Assembly (NCBI GenBank): GCA_963804165.1
Contig: CAWDPO010000004.1
Span: 96,001-160,000 of the forward strand
DNA: 64,000 nucleotides
Direction of reading: 5' to 3'
Source of the DNA: an uncultured delta proteobacterium
GTDB lineage: Bacteria; Desulfobacterota; Binatia; UBA9968
The number at the start of each line of letters is the position of its first letter. Positions within the stretch are counted from its first letter, which is position 1. Shown here piece after piece: positions 8,606 to 19,546 of this stretch. The notes beneath the pieces were generated by a model that was not told the origin of the DNA, did not search any database, and was given only the letters and a program-made list of their open reading frames with translations. A program made the translations under genes and the position numbers.

Positions 8606-9698
8606 TCAACACAAAGGACCCAAAGAGCACGAAGTCGGCGCCTCAATCGTCCAAACCCTCGTGTCCTTCGGCTCTTGTGTGAAGTCAATTTTCTCGCCCG
8701 GGCAGTACTCGATCAGCTTTTTAAGATAGGCGAACTGCTCGATGACACGAAAATCTTGTTGATATCGCTCGAGATTTTCGCCGAGCTGTTCGATCTGTTC
8801 GTAACCAAGGTTGCCGAGAAAATCCCCCGCTAACGTCAGGTACTTCACCTTGACGTGGTTCAATGGTCATAAGCCGTGCGGTCGGTAGCGTCGACAGCGA
8901 CAAGGTCGTCGCCCATGACCAGTACTCCGCTATTTTTCGTCTCGTCCCTGTAACGGCCCATTGCCTTCCATCCCAACGATCCCATCGACGATCGCGAACC
9001 GAGGAATCGGCAGTGAGCTATTGATATCGACAATGCTGCCGTTGATACCAGCCCAATGCAGCGCATTCTTTGGCCAGCCATAGACCGAACCCGGCACGAC
9101 GCCAAACATATTTTTCAGAGAAGCGTCACCCCGGCCCAATGGTGGGTTTTGAGCTTCGGCATCGACACCAGCAAATCCGCGTCATAGAGGGTCTGCGGAA
9201 AGTATAACTGCCTCAAGTGGGTAAAACTGCTCTTCAGCTTGGTTAGCCGGACATCATCGGTATTAAGATCAACGTAGCGAACCCGATGCTCTCTAATAAC
9301 ATCGTAAAGGCCGGAAGCGCCTAGCAGATATTCGTTGTCGCGTCGATGACCTGGCCCTTCAGCGACGATGACCTCACGCGCGCCGAGAGTCTTAAACGCA
9401 TCGATCGCGGCCTCAATCACCGCCGGATGGGTATTGATCACACCTTTAGGATCGAACTCCACAAGGTTGGGTTTCAACAGCACCCGCTTACCGTCGAGAT
9501 CCAAGCGAAACAGCCGGATACCCCGAATCATTGTGTCGCGAAGCCCATTGCCGTATCGTCCGCCGCCAAAATCGCGACACGGGAAGCCTTGGCTTTGATA
9601 TAAGCCGCCTTTTCCCATCGATCTGTTTGTTCGCAGCCACCAAGGAGTGGGTACAGGGAAGCGGCAGCGGACGCTTTTAGAAATTCCCGTCGATTCAA
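8606..9698 (-). CDS. DUF362-family protein with Tat signal and lipobox (apparent frameshifts; 3' end uncertain)
   Basis: TTG 9698 gives MNRREFLKASAAA...LLGGC. Fragments VLLKPNLV, NTHPAVIEA, SMPKLKTHHWAGVTL, LKNMFG and IVDGIVGMEGNGP lie across four track ORFs. Confidence 0.8.
8609..8681. repeat. Degenerate palindromic extragenic repeat (CACRAAG-type arms)
   Basis: Left arm ACACAAAGGACCCAAAGAGCACGAAG is imperfectly complementary to right arm CTCGTGTCCTTCGGCTCTTGTGTG. Confidence 0.5.
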
Positions 9699-9707
9699 AT
9701 TCTTCCC

Positions 9708-10615
9708 CTAGACATGAAAATACCGCGCGCCATCTTCGCCGGCCAAGATGCCGAGTGCGACTGCTTTAGTCTCGCCGAGGAATTTCGTCTTGGCAAATCT
9801 TTGTTCCAAGCGCTGCTTCAGCGCTAAATCATCTTGGCCGTAAAGAGACAAACAGATCGGCTCCAGCCAAGCGCCAGACCGGAATCCGTGTTTCGTACCA
9901 TCTCGCTCAGGGCACGAAGGCTCAATTGATTTTCCTTCCTGTTCCGTTGATCTTGCAATGCGATCAGCGCAATGGCAGTGACGTCTGGATAGGGCCATAG
10001 TGTTTCACCGTAAACCGCAGCGTTGCCGTAATTCCAGCCGCCCTGGTGGCACATCCGGTCGTAAATCATGAGCTCGCCTTGCTCGACACGCTCTTGAACG
10101 GTTTTGGAGGGAAGCCGACTCTTAGTTTTTTTTAACGCGAGGAGAAAATAGCTTGTAGGCTCCACCCAACTAAAGGTGTTCGGCGTCCATGACCAACCGA
10201 TTAAGTCCTGGTTCAAATGAACGACTTTCTTTTGAAACGACAGAGCTCGAATCAGATTAGCCAGTAACCCCGGCTTGCTGCCTTCCTGTTCCAGTGCCCA
10301 ATTGCCGGCTTTAATGACTCGCTCCTGTTGATCGGTCGAGTCACTGAGCGCGATCATCGCCAGCGCTGTGCTCCACGACGACCCTTTGGTAGCACCGCTG
10401 AGCGGCCAGCTGCCGTCCGGGTTCTGGCGCTCCACAAGCCATTGCTTGGCCTTGCGAATCGCCGGTCCGTCGCCGCCCACGGCTCTAGATTGCAACGCCA
10501 AATACGCAAGTGCCGTAGCCTCCGTGTTGCTATGCTTGCCAGCCACCGCACCCCATCCGCCGTCGGGGTTTTGGCCGTTCAGCAGCAGGCTTGCCGCTTC
10601 TTCTATCATGCCCAT
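9708..10615 (-). CDS. Prenyltransferase/squalene-cyclase (QW) repeat protein (one apparent frameshift near 9860)
   Basis: Repeats LLNGQNPDGGWG, LVERQNPDGSW and GGWNYGN. C-terminus continues in ORF 9708..9998 (...FLGETKAVALGILA). Confidence 0.85.
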
Positions 10616-10621
10616 TTGGAT

Positions 10622-12205
10622 TTAGTCTCGCGCCAACTCGTAAATCTTATGTTTACCATCTCCGCTGGTAAAAACCCGTCTCGCCTTGTCGCCATAAGAC
10701 TTTAACAGGTCATCCAATAATTGGAGCGTCGCCTTCCCTTCGGCATAGCCGTTCATCGGATCGACGATCAAGTAGTCGACCTTCAATTCCTCCAGCTGCG
10801 GCTTGATCTCGTCCACCGATCCGACATCAGCTTGTGCTGCTCCATACGGATAAAAATAGGTCGCCGATCGATGCAGCGCAGGCCGGATCGCTTGGCGGCC
10901 AGTGTATAAATAATACATCGGATCATAAGCCGTGGCCAGCAAAGCGTTCGCGGGTGCATTCCGGCGAATCCACTCGAAGCTTTCCTCAAACCCGTGCCAG
11001 CTGTAAGGCATACGGCTGCCAGAGCCTCCCCGAGTGGTCTGATCGTCCTGTATCAATAAATAACTCGACAACCACACGCCGTTGACGATTAGAATCAGCG
11101 CCACCGGTAACCAGGTGATCGTTGCCAGCAATCGTCGGATCAAAGGCACTTCTCCCGTCGGCGCTATCCAATCCTTTACCGCCCCCATGCCGCGAAAAAG
11201 AAGCAGGACGAGAATGGGAACGACCGGAGCCAGGTAGCGTCCAGGATGAAAAGGCCAGATTAAAAGCAATCCGACCGACGATAAAAAAAAACTCCAGTGA
11301 ACCAGATCTTCGCGACACAGAGACTTGCTCGCCCCGATGACCGTAAAGGCAATCAAAAGCAGGTAGAGTCCCGGCATGAGTGGCGTCAAATAAAGTAGCT
11401 CGACGGTACCGGCTAAGTAGCGCGCATTCCCAGCGGCAATAATCATCTGTTGATTTACCCACGCGCTGCTCCCAACCGCCTTCGCCGCACCAAAGTCATA
11501 AGCAGCGTAATACGCGAAAAGTGAATCGCTCGATGGCAGCGACGCGCGAGATACCCACAAAAGCCACGGCGCGACAAAAAGCAACAAAATACCGCTAAAA
11601 TGTCCAACGCCGCGCCAGCCACGACTCATAAAAGAGTAAACGCATCCCGCCACGACCAACGGCGCCGCCGCCAATCGCGTCAGGCAAGCCAGTCCGGTAA
11701 CGAGCGCCAGAAACGGGATGACAAACCGTGACCTAGTAAAATCTGACCCAGACGCACAAATCGTCAGCGCGATGAGCGCAAACAAGACGAACAAGAGATC
11801 ACTGATCACATAGTCGGTAAAGGTAAAAATAATCGGGTTCGTGCAAACAATGATGGCGAAAATGATCGCGGCAAATTTCGACTCAGGAAAATAGCGCCGA
11901 TAAAAAACAATGCTGACGAAGAAAATCGCGACGAGGACCGCGATATTGAGGCTTTTCAAAACGATGATGTTCTCAGGAAAACTATGATCTAACGACCATA
12001 TCCAGGAAAGAAGGTATGAATACAAGAACGGATATTTTGTTTGAGAAGGCGACGTAGGGAGGCTGATAATTCGATAGCCGTCGCCTTGGGAGAGCGATTT
12101 GGCGACGACGGTATAAATACCGTCGTCATGGAATAATCCCAGCGCTTGCTTGTTCGCGCCCCAGAATGCAGCCCCAGCGAGCATCAGCCCAACGGCAACC
12201 ACCAA
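10622..12205 (-). CDS. Polytopic GT-C fold (PMT/ArnT-like) glycosyltransferase
   Basis: Many TM helices; acidic pair HDDGIY in the first outer loop; TKYPFLY; soluble C-terminal domain. Confidence 0.75.
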   Translation of the reverse strand: MVVAVGLMLAGAAFWGANKQALGLFHDDGIYTVVAKSLSQGDGYRIISLPTSPSQTKYPFLYSYLLSWIWSLDHSFPENIIVLKSLNIAVLVAIFFVSIVFYRRYFPESKFAAIIFAIIVCTNPIIFTFTDYVISDLLFVLFALIALTICASGSDFTRSRFVIPFLALVTGLACLTRLAAAPLVVAGCVYSFMSRGWRGVGHFSGILLLFVAPWLLWVSRASLPSSDSLFAYYAAYDFGAAKAVGSSAWVNQQMIIAAGNARYLAGTVELLYLTPLMPGLYLLLIAFTVIGASKSLCREDLVHWSFFLSSVGLLLIWPFHPGRYLAPVVPILVLLLFRGMGAVKDWIAPTGEVPLIRRLLATITWLPVALILIVNGVWLSSYLLIQDDQTTRGGSGSRMPYSWHGFEESFEWIRRNAPANALLATAYDPMYYLYTGRQAIRPALHRSATYFYPYGAAQADVGSVDEIKPQLEELKVDYLIVDPMNGYAEGKATLQLLDDLLKSYGDKARRVFTSGDGKHKIYELARD

Positions 12206-12299
12206 AACCCAGAAACGTTGTGAGACGTGATGATTGGCTTTGACCGTCGGATGCTCCTTTGCGAGCGGAGCCTAACAGAACGCTGAAAACACCGTCATG

Positions 12300-12373
12300 C
12301 TTCGAACGGCTCGCACGAACGGATAACACTCAACTATTTTAACGTCCTTCCGTTCGTCCTGAAGCGCTCGAAG
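12300..12373. repeat. REP-like palindromic element
   Basis: CTTCGAACGGCTCGCACGAACGG and CCGTTCGTCCTGAAGCGCTCGAAG form an imperfect inverted repeat around an AT-rich spacer. Confidence 0.65.
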
Positions 12374-12389
12374 GGGTGAAATTACGCGC

Positions 12390-13406
12390 CTACTTCGCCT
12401 GACCGAGCTCCTCGTCGATAATCGCCGAAAACGCCTCTACCGGCTGCGCCCCGGAAATCTCGCGGCCGTTGATGAAAAACGTCGGCGTGCCCGTGATCCC
12501 CAATTGAGCGCCTTCGGAAAGATCTTTTTGGACGAGAGCCTTATATTTGCCACTCGTCAAGCACTGGTCGAATTTCGTCGTATCCAGAGACATTTCCTTG
12601 GCGTAAGCGTTTAAGTCGGGCGCAGCCAGCTTCGGCGCCTTCGCATAAAGCGTATCGTGATACTCCCAAAATTTTGCCTGATCGCCAGCGCATCGCGCCG
12701 CCTCCGCCGCAAGTTGGGCCCGGGGATGTATCGCTTCAAGCGGTAAATCCTTATGGACAACACGGACTTTGCCGTTGTACCGCTTCAACACCGTCGCGAG
12801 CGTGGGCTGGACATTTTTGCAGAAGGGGCACTCGAAGTCTTCGAATTTTATGATCGTGACCTGCGCCTTTTCAGAGCCCTTGAACGGCGCGCCATTGATC
12901 GACATTTGCGCTCGTTGAATTGCTGGAGGCTTTAAATACGTTGTAACCTTTGCCTTGGAACGGAGAATCTTGAAATAGTCCATCTTCCGTGCCGCAATCT
13001 TCTGTTCCCGCAGATAATCGCGAATCTGATCATGGACCTTGTCCAACTCCACCCCTATGCGGCTCTTATTGGTCTCGTAAAACGCTCGAATTTCCTCCTC
13101 CGAAACCGGAGAAGCTTTGGCAGTCACCTCCTGCTCCATAAGCGTAGAGACCGAAACACTCCGCTCCTTCGCTTCGCGCGATAGGAGGGTCGCTCCAATG
13201 TGTTCGTTCAGTTTTTGCCGCTCTAACTGGTAGAGTTGCTGACGTAAGGTTTGAAGTTGTTTTCCGCCCGAACGATCGATTTCAGCTCGCGTGATTACAG
13301 TGCCGTCGACCTCCGCGAGCTTTTCCGAATCTTTCGAGGGGCCACAATTCCAACCCGCCCCAAGAGATAAGCCGAGTAGAAGAAAAAACCGACAAAATTT
13401 TTGCAT
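12390..13406 (-). CDS. DsbA/thioredoxin-family oxidoreductase with N-terminal SurA-like helical domain
   Basis: FEDFECPFC active site; GITGTPTFFING cis-Pro loop; signal peptide with Cys. Confidence 0.9.
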   Translation of the reverse strand: MQKFCRFFLLLGLSLGAGWNCGPSKDSEKLAEVDGTVITRAEIDRSGGKQLQTLRQQLYQLERQKLNEHIGATLLSREAKERSVSVSTLMEQEVTAKASPVSEEEIRAFYETNKSRIGVELDKVHDQIRDYLREQKIAARKMDYFKILRSKAKVTTYLKPPAIQRAQMSINGAPFKGSEKAQVTIIKFEDFECPFCKNVQPTLATVLKRYNGKVRVVHKDLPLEAIHPRAQLAAEAARCAGDQAKFWEYHDTLYAKAPKLAAPDLNAYAKEMSLDTTKFDQCLTSGKYKALVQKDLSEGAQLGITGTPTFFINGREISGAQPVEAFSAIIDEELGQAK

Positions 13407-13429
13407 GAATTAGCTACGAAGCGCCCAAG

Positions 13430-13465
13430 GGAGTGGCCGCCGTCTCTCAAAGTGTCGGCCACTCC
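13430..13465. terminator. Stem-loop downstream of tadG (possible weak terminator)
   Basis: GGAGTGGCCG ... CGGCCACTCC, a 10-bp inverted repeat with a poor U-tract. Confidence 0.4.
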
Positions 13466-13519
13466 AAATACCGTTTAAGGTAGAAATTGATCGTTGAAGC
13501 TGCGGCTTTACCGAACTGC

Positions 13520-14557
13520 TCAATATCCCTTGCCAGCCTCCCGCACCAGTCTATGAGAAAAACAAAGACTAAGCTCGGCGTCGTTTATGAGTTCTGGACC
13601 GCAAACTACCTTCGCTTGTATGTACTTGGGATTGCCTGTGGTCTCGAAGGCTGTCGGATAGATTTTAGCAAAGTTCGTGATTCCCGTCGGGTTATCTGGA
13701 GCACAATTGCCGCCACCCCCTAGAACCGGAATGATCCACCAGCGGTTTGGGTTTGCAGTGAAGAATTTTTCAGCCGCTTGCAAAACACTGTTTACCTGCC
13801 CTCTGTTTTGGCAAATCATACTGCCGAGAGCGAGATTCCCGGCTAGTGTGGCGCCCGAGCAGCTTCCCGCAGTCGTGAACCCCGCTTTAATGTCTGGCGC
13901 ACCCGAAGAACAATCGAAAAAAGTTGTCCAACAAGCATTCTCGCCAGCGGGGTTCTCGCCATCACTGCTCGGGTGTTGCATCTGTATTTTGACGTCATAC
14001 TCAACCCCGTTTTGTGCGCACTGAGTTGACCACAAAGCGATTGGAATCGACGGCTTCGATTGTATGACCGAAACCGCGCTAACGTTTACATTGTTGGCTC
14101 CGGGAGCCGAGCCCCCAAACAGGTTAAACAGCGGAGTGAGAAAAGCCGGAGTCGCTATCGCGCTGTTTGTCGCTTGCTCCAACGCGACACGCACCCCATT
14201 GGCGGTTGCGATCGGTGCGGAATAATTGGTGATCTGGTTCGTAGTAAAATCGTACTGAATATAGCTGACATTGGCGCTGTGGATCGGATTATTGGGACTG
14301 TTGACGTAGTTATTGTTCGAAGCAAACGCGGCGGCTCGGGTTTTGACGTCTGCATCAATGCGGCTCGGCAGCGCGGAAACCGCCGACAGAGCGGCGGCGT
14401 CAACGGCCGCTTGCCCCGTAGCTCGGCTGTAGGTGAGTTGACCGGTATCCAGCCCCATTCCTACCATGATCATCAACAACACGATCATGAGAGTCATAAA
14501 CACGAGCACTGAGCCTTTGTCATTGCTTACGGAAAACATCTCAAACCTCCTTAACAA
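13520..14557 (-). CDS. tadG: TadG-like pilus-associated protein, Cys-rich C-terminal domain
   Basis: KGSVLVFMTLM...GMGLDTG....R...QAAVDAAALSA Tad N-terminal motif. Confidence 0.85.
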   Translation of the reverse strand: MLRRFEMFSVSNDKGSVLVFMTLMIVLLMIMVGMGLDTGQLTYSRATGQAAVDAAALSAVSALPSRIDADVKTRAAAFASNNNYVNSPNNPIHSANVSYIQYDFTTNQITNYSAPIATANGVRVALEQATNSAIATPAFLTPLFNLFGGSAPGANNVNVSAVSVIQSKPSIPIALWSTQCAQNGVEYDVKIQMQHPSSDGENPAGENACWTTFFDCSSGAPDIKAGFTTAGSCSGATLAGNLALGSMICQNRGQVNSVLQAAEKFFTANPNRWWIIPVLGGGGNCAPDNPTGITNFAKIYPTAFETTGNPKYIQAKVVCGPELINDAELSLCFSHRLVREAGKGY

Positions 14558-14563
14558 CTCCGC

Positions 14564-15055
14564 TTAAGGTGAGGTGATTGTCGGAGTCTCATCACAGGGT
14601 GCATGGTATGTAGCCGGCTGAGCCGCATGACGCATACGCGCTGTACGTGTAATTGGCTGATTGTTCGGAGCAGAAAAACCAAAAAGCCTGATGACCTGAT
14701 AAAGAAAGTAATTGTAGGTTCCTCCCCCACTGACTTGGACAAACCGGGCGCAATCCGTCGCTCCCTCTGCGTGAAAAGTAACCGTCGCGGTTTTCGATCC
14801 TAACCAAGCGGGAATTCTACTAAGAGCATCATTCTTGATGGCTGTACTGGCTGCCGTATCAAAAGGATCAGTAGATGCTGCTATCCGAGCCGATTCTCGC
14901 ACGGCGTTTTGGGTTAGGTGTGCAACCGAAAAGGCTACACCGAAATCGGCCGGGACGTACAAAGCAACCAATAGTAGAGGAGTGATTAATGCAATCTCTA
15001 CAATGCTCTGTCCCTTCCGATTCAAGACTTTCGGTAGAAGACCCGTTCTTAACAT
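14564..15055 (-). CDS. tadE: TadE-like pseudopilin
   Basis: KGQSIVEIALITPLLL...AVRESARIAA. Confidence 0.9.
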   Translation of the reverse strand: MLRTGLLPKVLNRKGQSIVEIALITPLLLVALYVPADFGVAFSVAHLTQNAVRESARIAASTDPFDTAASTAIKNDALSRIPAWLGSKTATVTFHAEGATDCARFVQVSGGGTYNYFLYQVIRLFGFSAPNNQPITRTARMRHAAQPATYHAPCDETPTITSP

Positions 15056-15579
15056 TGATGCTCCCAGCGCATAGTGGCAGAGCGCTGAATAGTGACTGGA
15101 TTCACCGTAGCACCCATGAGACGAAGCAGTTGGTAGAAAAAATATGGATACTGACCAGATGCGGTAACTTGTACCAGCTGATTACAACCAGCCGACCCAG
15201 GAGCTGGGTATGACACAGTGATAGACGTAGTCGCACCCATCAGAGCCGACGGTAGACGCACCGCGGTTTCGTTATAAATGTTGCCGAAACTAAAGCACGA
15301 AGACAGCGGTGGGCCACAAGTAGCACTAACCGCTGTAAGCGTCGGATCGGCCGCCGCGATCCTTGCCCCCTCACGCACAGCATTCTGAGCTATTTGTCCC
15401 GTATAAAATGCCAGGCCAAAGTCGGCGGGAATCCAAGCAATCACCACAAGTAGAAGGAAGACAAGCGTGAACTCGACCAGCGCTTGGCCTCTATTGTCGC
15501 AACAGACGCGTATAGTAGTAGATGATGCCGGACGCAAGCGGGGATGAACCGTACTCGTTAAGATGCTCCGTCTTCCCAT
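15049..15579 (-). CDS. tadE: TadE-like pseudopilin
   Basis: RGQALVEFTLVF...AVREGARIAA. Confidence 0.9.
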   Translation of the reverse strand: MGRRSILTSTVHPRLRPASSTTIRVCCDNRGQALVEFTLVFLLLVVIAWIPADFGLAFYTGQIAQNAVREGARIAAADPTLTAVSATCGPPLSSCFSFGNIYNETAVRLPSALMGATTSITVSYPAPGSAGCNQLVQVTASGQYPYFFYQLLRLMGATVNPVTIQRSATMRWEHQC

Positions 15580-15800
15580 TGTCCCTATGCCCTTTCACGA
15601 ATTGTGCCGGGCGCTATGAAACCTATTTGTCTCGGTCCGCGCTGGTTTGTCTTGCTCTGGCAGCCATTTGGCTCAGGCACGCTTCCACCAAAGAAGCCCT
15701 TCGCATTTGATCTGGGCAATAGTGCCCAATTTCGGATTGGTAGAAATCGAACGAGCAGCCCATTGTCCGCAGTAATATAGAAGTTCGCGGCCCGTATTTT

Positions 15801-16199
15801 TTAACCAATCTGGCTAAGACGCGTATCCCTCAAATCGTCCATCTCCGAAGTTTCCGCTAGGGAGATCTCGAATTGGTCGCCGATCTCCGAGTGTGATTTT
15901 CGTATCGTGCCGCTCGGCAGTTCGAGCACGCTGTAGCCTCGAAAGTGGACCGCGCTGATTCGATACGGCGCAAGACCGGACATCAGGCCCACCACGTGAT
16001 TGCCCCTGTTTAGAAAAACCACATCAATGGGAAATTTCATCCCGATGGTATGAATTCCTTTGCTCGGCATCAGCCACAATGCTTCCTCCGGCCCGAGATT
16101 GGTCCTTTTCAGCAGCCCGACCAACCGCGTGAGAAAGTTGTCGGCTTTCCGTACTTTGGTTGCAAGCCAGGTCTTTTTCGTTAAGTTGATTACCGGCAC
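15801..16199 (-). CDS. DUF192-family protein
   Basis: ADNFLTRLVGLL, IHTIGMKFPIDVVFL and VLELPSG. Confidence 0.9.
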   Translation of the reverse strand: MPVINLTKKTWLATKVRKADNFLTRLVGLLKRTNLGPEEALWLMPSKGIHTIGMKFPIDVVFLNRGNHVVGLMSGLAPYRISAVHFRGYSVLELPSGTIRKSHSEIGDQFEISLAETSEMDDLRDTRLSQIG

Positions 16200-16213
16200 C
16201 TAAACATTCCTCT

Positions 16214-17146
16214 TCACCTGCCAACGGATCCGAAAGCATCTCCATGATCCCGAGCCCCGGAGGTCCGAGCAAGAATAATGAAAATCGCCGGGAGAATAAA
16301 AAACACCAGTGGAAAAATCAGTTTAATAACAGTTTTGCGCGCCGCTTCTTCGGCGGCCTGGCTGCGTTTGTCTCGCATGGTTTCGGCGTAAACCCGCAGC
16401 GAACGGGCGATGCTACCACCCATTTCTTCGGTTTGCGTGAGAAATGTAACAAGGCCTTGAAATTCGTCGATGCCGACTCGTTCCGCCAGACGGAGCAAGG
16501 CCTCTTTACGCACCGCTCCGGCCTGCATCTCTTGAGTGGCGAGCATAAGCTCTTCACCCAGAGCGAGATTCTTGCGAATTTTGTTCTCGCCCAACCGCGT
16601 TAGACGCCGCATCGACGCCCATGCCGGCTTCGACGCAGACGACGATCAAATCAAGAGTGTCTGGTAGAGTCTCCCGCATTTCCCGGACCCGGGCGCGAGA
16701 TTTACGAAAAACAGTGAGAAACGGCAGCATATAGCCGGTTGCCGCACCTGCCCGCGAGCATCAAGAAGTCGGGCATCGATGCGCTCGAACTGCAACGCCA
16801 CAAACCATCCCACCGAACGCGAAAGCGACGCAAAAAAGATTCTGAGACCCCAGAAAATCCGTACCGCTCGATTGCCACGATAACCCGCTTGGTGTAACCG
16901 CCGGCTGATCATGATTGAAGCGATCCGGCAATTCTTTGTCGCCAAAAAAGAAATTGGCGATCCGCTCCCAAAAAGTCATTTCATCGTTGTCATGCAGCCG
17001 AATCTGCGCTCGCGCCTCGCTCCTGAGTCCGATATTGTCCAGGCGCCGTTGAATGGCCTCTTCAGCGATCGGGGCCGGGAGGCGAAGATAAAGTAGACGA
17101 CCGCCGATACCAATCCAAAGAATCCGACGGCGATTAGTAGTTCCAT
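16214..17146 (-). CDS. tadC: TadC (T2SS-F family) platform protein, apparent frameshifts
   Basis: Fragments LHQAGYRG, PDTLDLIV, EALLRLAER, EEMGGSIARSLR and AEEAARK...LIFPLVFFILPA. ATG at 17146. Confidence 0.85.
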
Positions 17147-17156
17147 AAAATCACCC

Positions 17157-18139
17157 CTAGATATGAATCTTAATAATCTTGCGGAACACTAGGATTCCGC
17201 ATATTTCCAACACTAGAGCCGCGGCCAACATGCCTCGACCGATAGGATTGGGCATCATTTTGTTCATCATTTCCGTTTCACGCATAAACATAAACACCGC
17301 CAGAAACGGCGGCACGGAACATACCGTCCAGGCGCTGACGCGGTTTTGCGCGGTCAAACTTTTGATCAACCGCTCGATTCGGAAGCGGTCGCGAATGATA
17401 TTGGCCAAGCTTGTTGAGCAACTCGGCCAAGCTGCCACCGACTTCTCGCTGCACCATAAGCGCGGTGTTAAACAGCCGAACTTCGGGTAGAGTTCATCCG
17501 CTCTTCGAATTTCCGTAATGCATCGGCGAGCGGCAGTCCTAGATTCACCTCTTCGATAAATACGGAGAATTCGGTTCCCATCGGATCAGGCATCTCCTTC
17601 GCGACGAAAACCATCGGCTTGGGTCAAGCCCAAACCGGCTTGAAGGCTCTGGCCGATCATATCGAGCCCGTCCGGGAATTGTTCAAGAAACTTGCTCAAC
17701 CGTTTCCAAATGACTAACTGCACATAGACAGAAGGGGCAGAACAACGCGATCAGAGCAAAAACAAGGCTCAGCAGGTCGCTTGGCCCAAATCGATGCCAG
17801 CAAAAAAGTCAACGCCGCCAGCGCCGACGGAGCAGAGCAGAAATAATGCCCGGCGTCATATCGACGTTCGCTCTCTCCAGCAAGAGATCAATGCGGTGCA
17901 TGAATCTTTATTCGTGACAAAAAGTCATTAACCCAAGGGAACTTCGCTGTAGATCGAGGTTTTGAGTAGGCTCTGAATTTCTGCCTTGGATGCATAGTCG
18001 AGCCTGCCGATCGCCGTCAGTCGACGCTTGATTCGCGCCTGCGCCGTATCCTGCACCGCCATTGGCAACATGAAAAGAATAACGATCAGCGAGACCGCCG
18101 CAAAGAAACGAAAATATACGTGATAAGGAGCAGGCTCAT
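17157..18139 (-). CDS. tadB: TadB (T2SS-F family) platform protein, apparent frameshifts
   Basis: Fragments EQFPDGLDMI, KEMPDPMGTEF and IRDRFRIERLIKSLTAQNR. ATG overlaps the tadA stop (ATGA). Confidence 0.85.
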
Positions 18140-19527
18140 AACGCCCTTCTTTTCGCCCCCATCGAGACGGGCAAGAAATGAGTGTTCGGAATCCTAAAAC
18201 CATACCGTTCCAATCGGTCCATGAAGGATGGCATAACGCCGGTCGCAACGAACTCGCCGACAACTTTGCCGTTTTCCACACCTCGCTGTTCAAACTTGAA
18301 GATCGTCTGAGTAGTTATGGTATTGCCTTCCATACCGGTGACTTCAGAAAACTCGATCACCTTTCTGCTGCCGTCACTCAACCGGGTCAGCTGCACGATC
18401 ACATCGATCGCGGAAGCGACTGCTCACGCAACGCTCTTTCCGGCAAATCGATTCCCGCCATGAGCATCATGGTTTCCAAGCGAGACAGCGCATCGCGTGC
18501 ACTATTGGCATGGACTGTACTGATCGAACCATCGTGACCGGTATTCATCGCCTGCATCATGTCGAGCGCCTCGCCACCGCGGACCTCGCCGACGACGATG
18601 CGGTCAGGTCTCATTCGCAACGCGTTACGGACCAGGTCGCTGGCCGTCACCGCGCCCTGGCCCTCGATATTCGGCGGCCGGGTTTCAAGTCGCACTACAT
18701 GTTCCTGCTGGAGCTTTAGTTCGGCCGAGTCTTCGATGGTCACAATGCGTTCATTTTCCGGAATGTAATTCGACAAGCAATTCAGAAGCGTTGTTTTGCC
18801 CGCGCCGGTACCTCCGGAAACGATCATATTGAGCCGCGACTTGACGCAGGCCGCTGCGACTTCCGCCATTTGCGGCGGGATCGAATTGAACTGAATCAAA
18901 TCATTGATCGTCAGTCGTTCCGCGCCGAATCGCCGGATCGAGAGCACCGGACCATCCAGTGCCAGGGGCGGAATAATCGCGTTCACGCGCGAGCCGTCGG
19001 CCAATCGAGCATCCACCATTGGCGAACTCTCATCGACGCGTCGGCCGACCCGCGTGACAATTCGCTCGATAATCTGCATCAGATGGGCATCGTCGCGGAA
19101 CCGCACATCGGTTTTTTCAAGCTTGCCATAACGCTCGACGTAGATTTGACTGACGAATTGACAAAGATATCGGAAATCTCCGGATCCTTCATGAAAGTTT
19201 CCAGAGGGCCTAAGCCAAAGACTTCATGCTGGACTTCCATCACCAACCGATCGCGATCGGCACGACTGAGCGGGATGGCTTCCGCCATGACCATGTCTTC
19301 GAGAATGCGCCGAATTTCCACGCGCACCCGTTCCATCTCCAGATTGGAAAGCTTGGACAGATCCAAGGTATCGATGAGCTTGCGATGGATGCGTAGTCGC
19401 AAATCTTGCAAAATGACATCCGGGCTCGTCGTCTGCAGGGATCTGAATGGCGAACGGCCGCCCATCCGCCGCCAGTTCGATCAGCGTCCCAACGATCTTT
19501 ATCCGATTCGAACGATGGATTCTTCAT
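18136..19527 (-). CDS. tadA: TadA/CpaF pilus assembly ATPase, apparent frameshifts
   Basis: [47 protein letters not shown] and AMNTGHDGS. Confidence 0.95.
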
Positions 19528-19546
19528 TGACTTGCCCCTTACTTAA

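Noticed and set aside
9708-10615. Squalene-hopene cyclase call
   Set aside because: Only about 300 aa and no DXDD motif; only QW repeats are supported.
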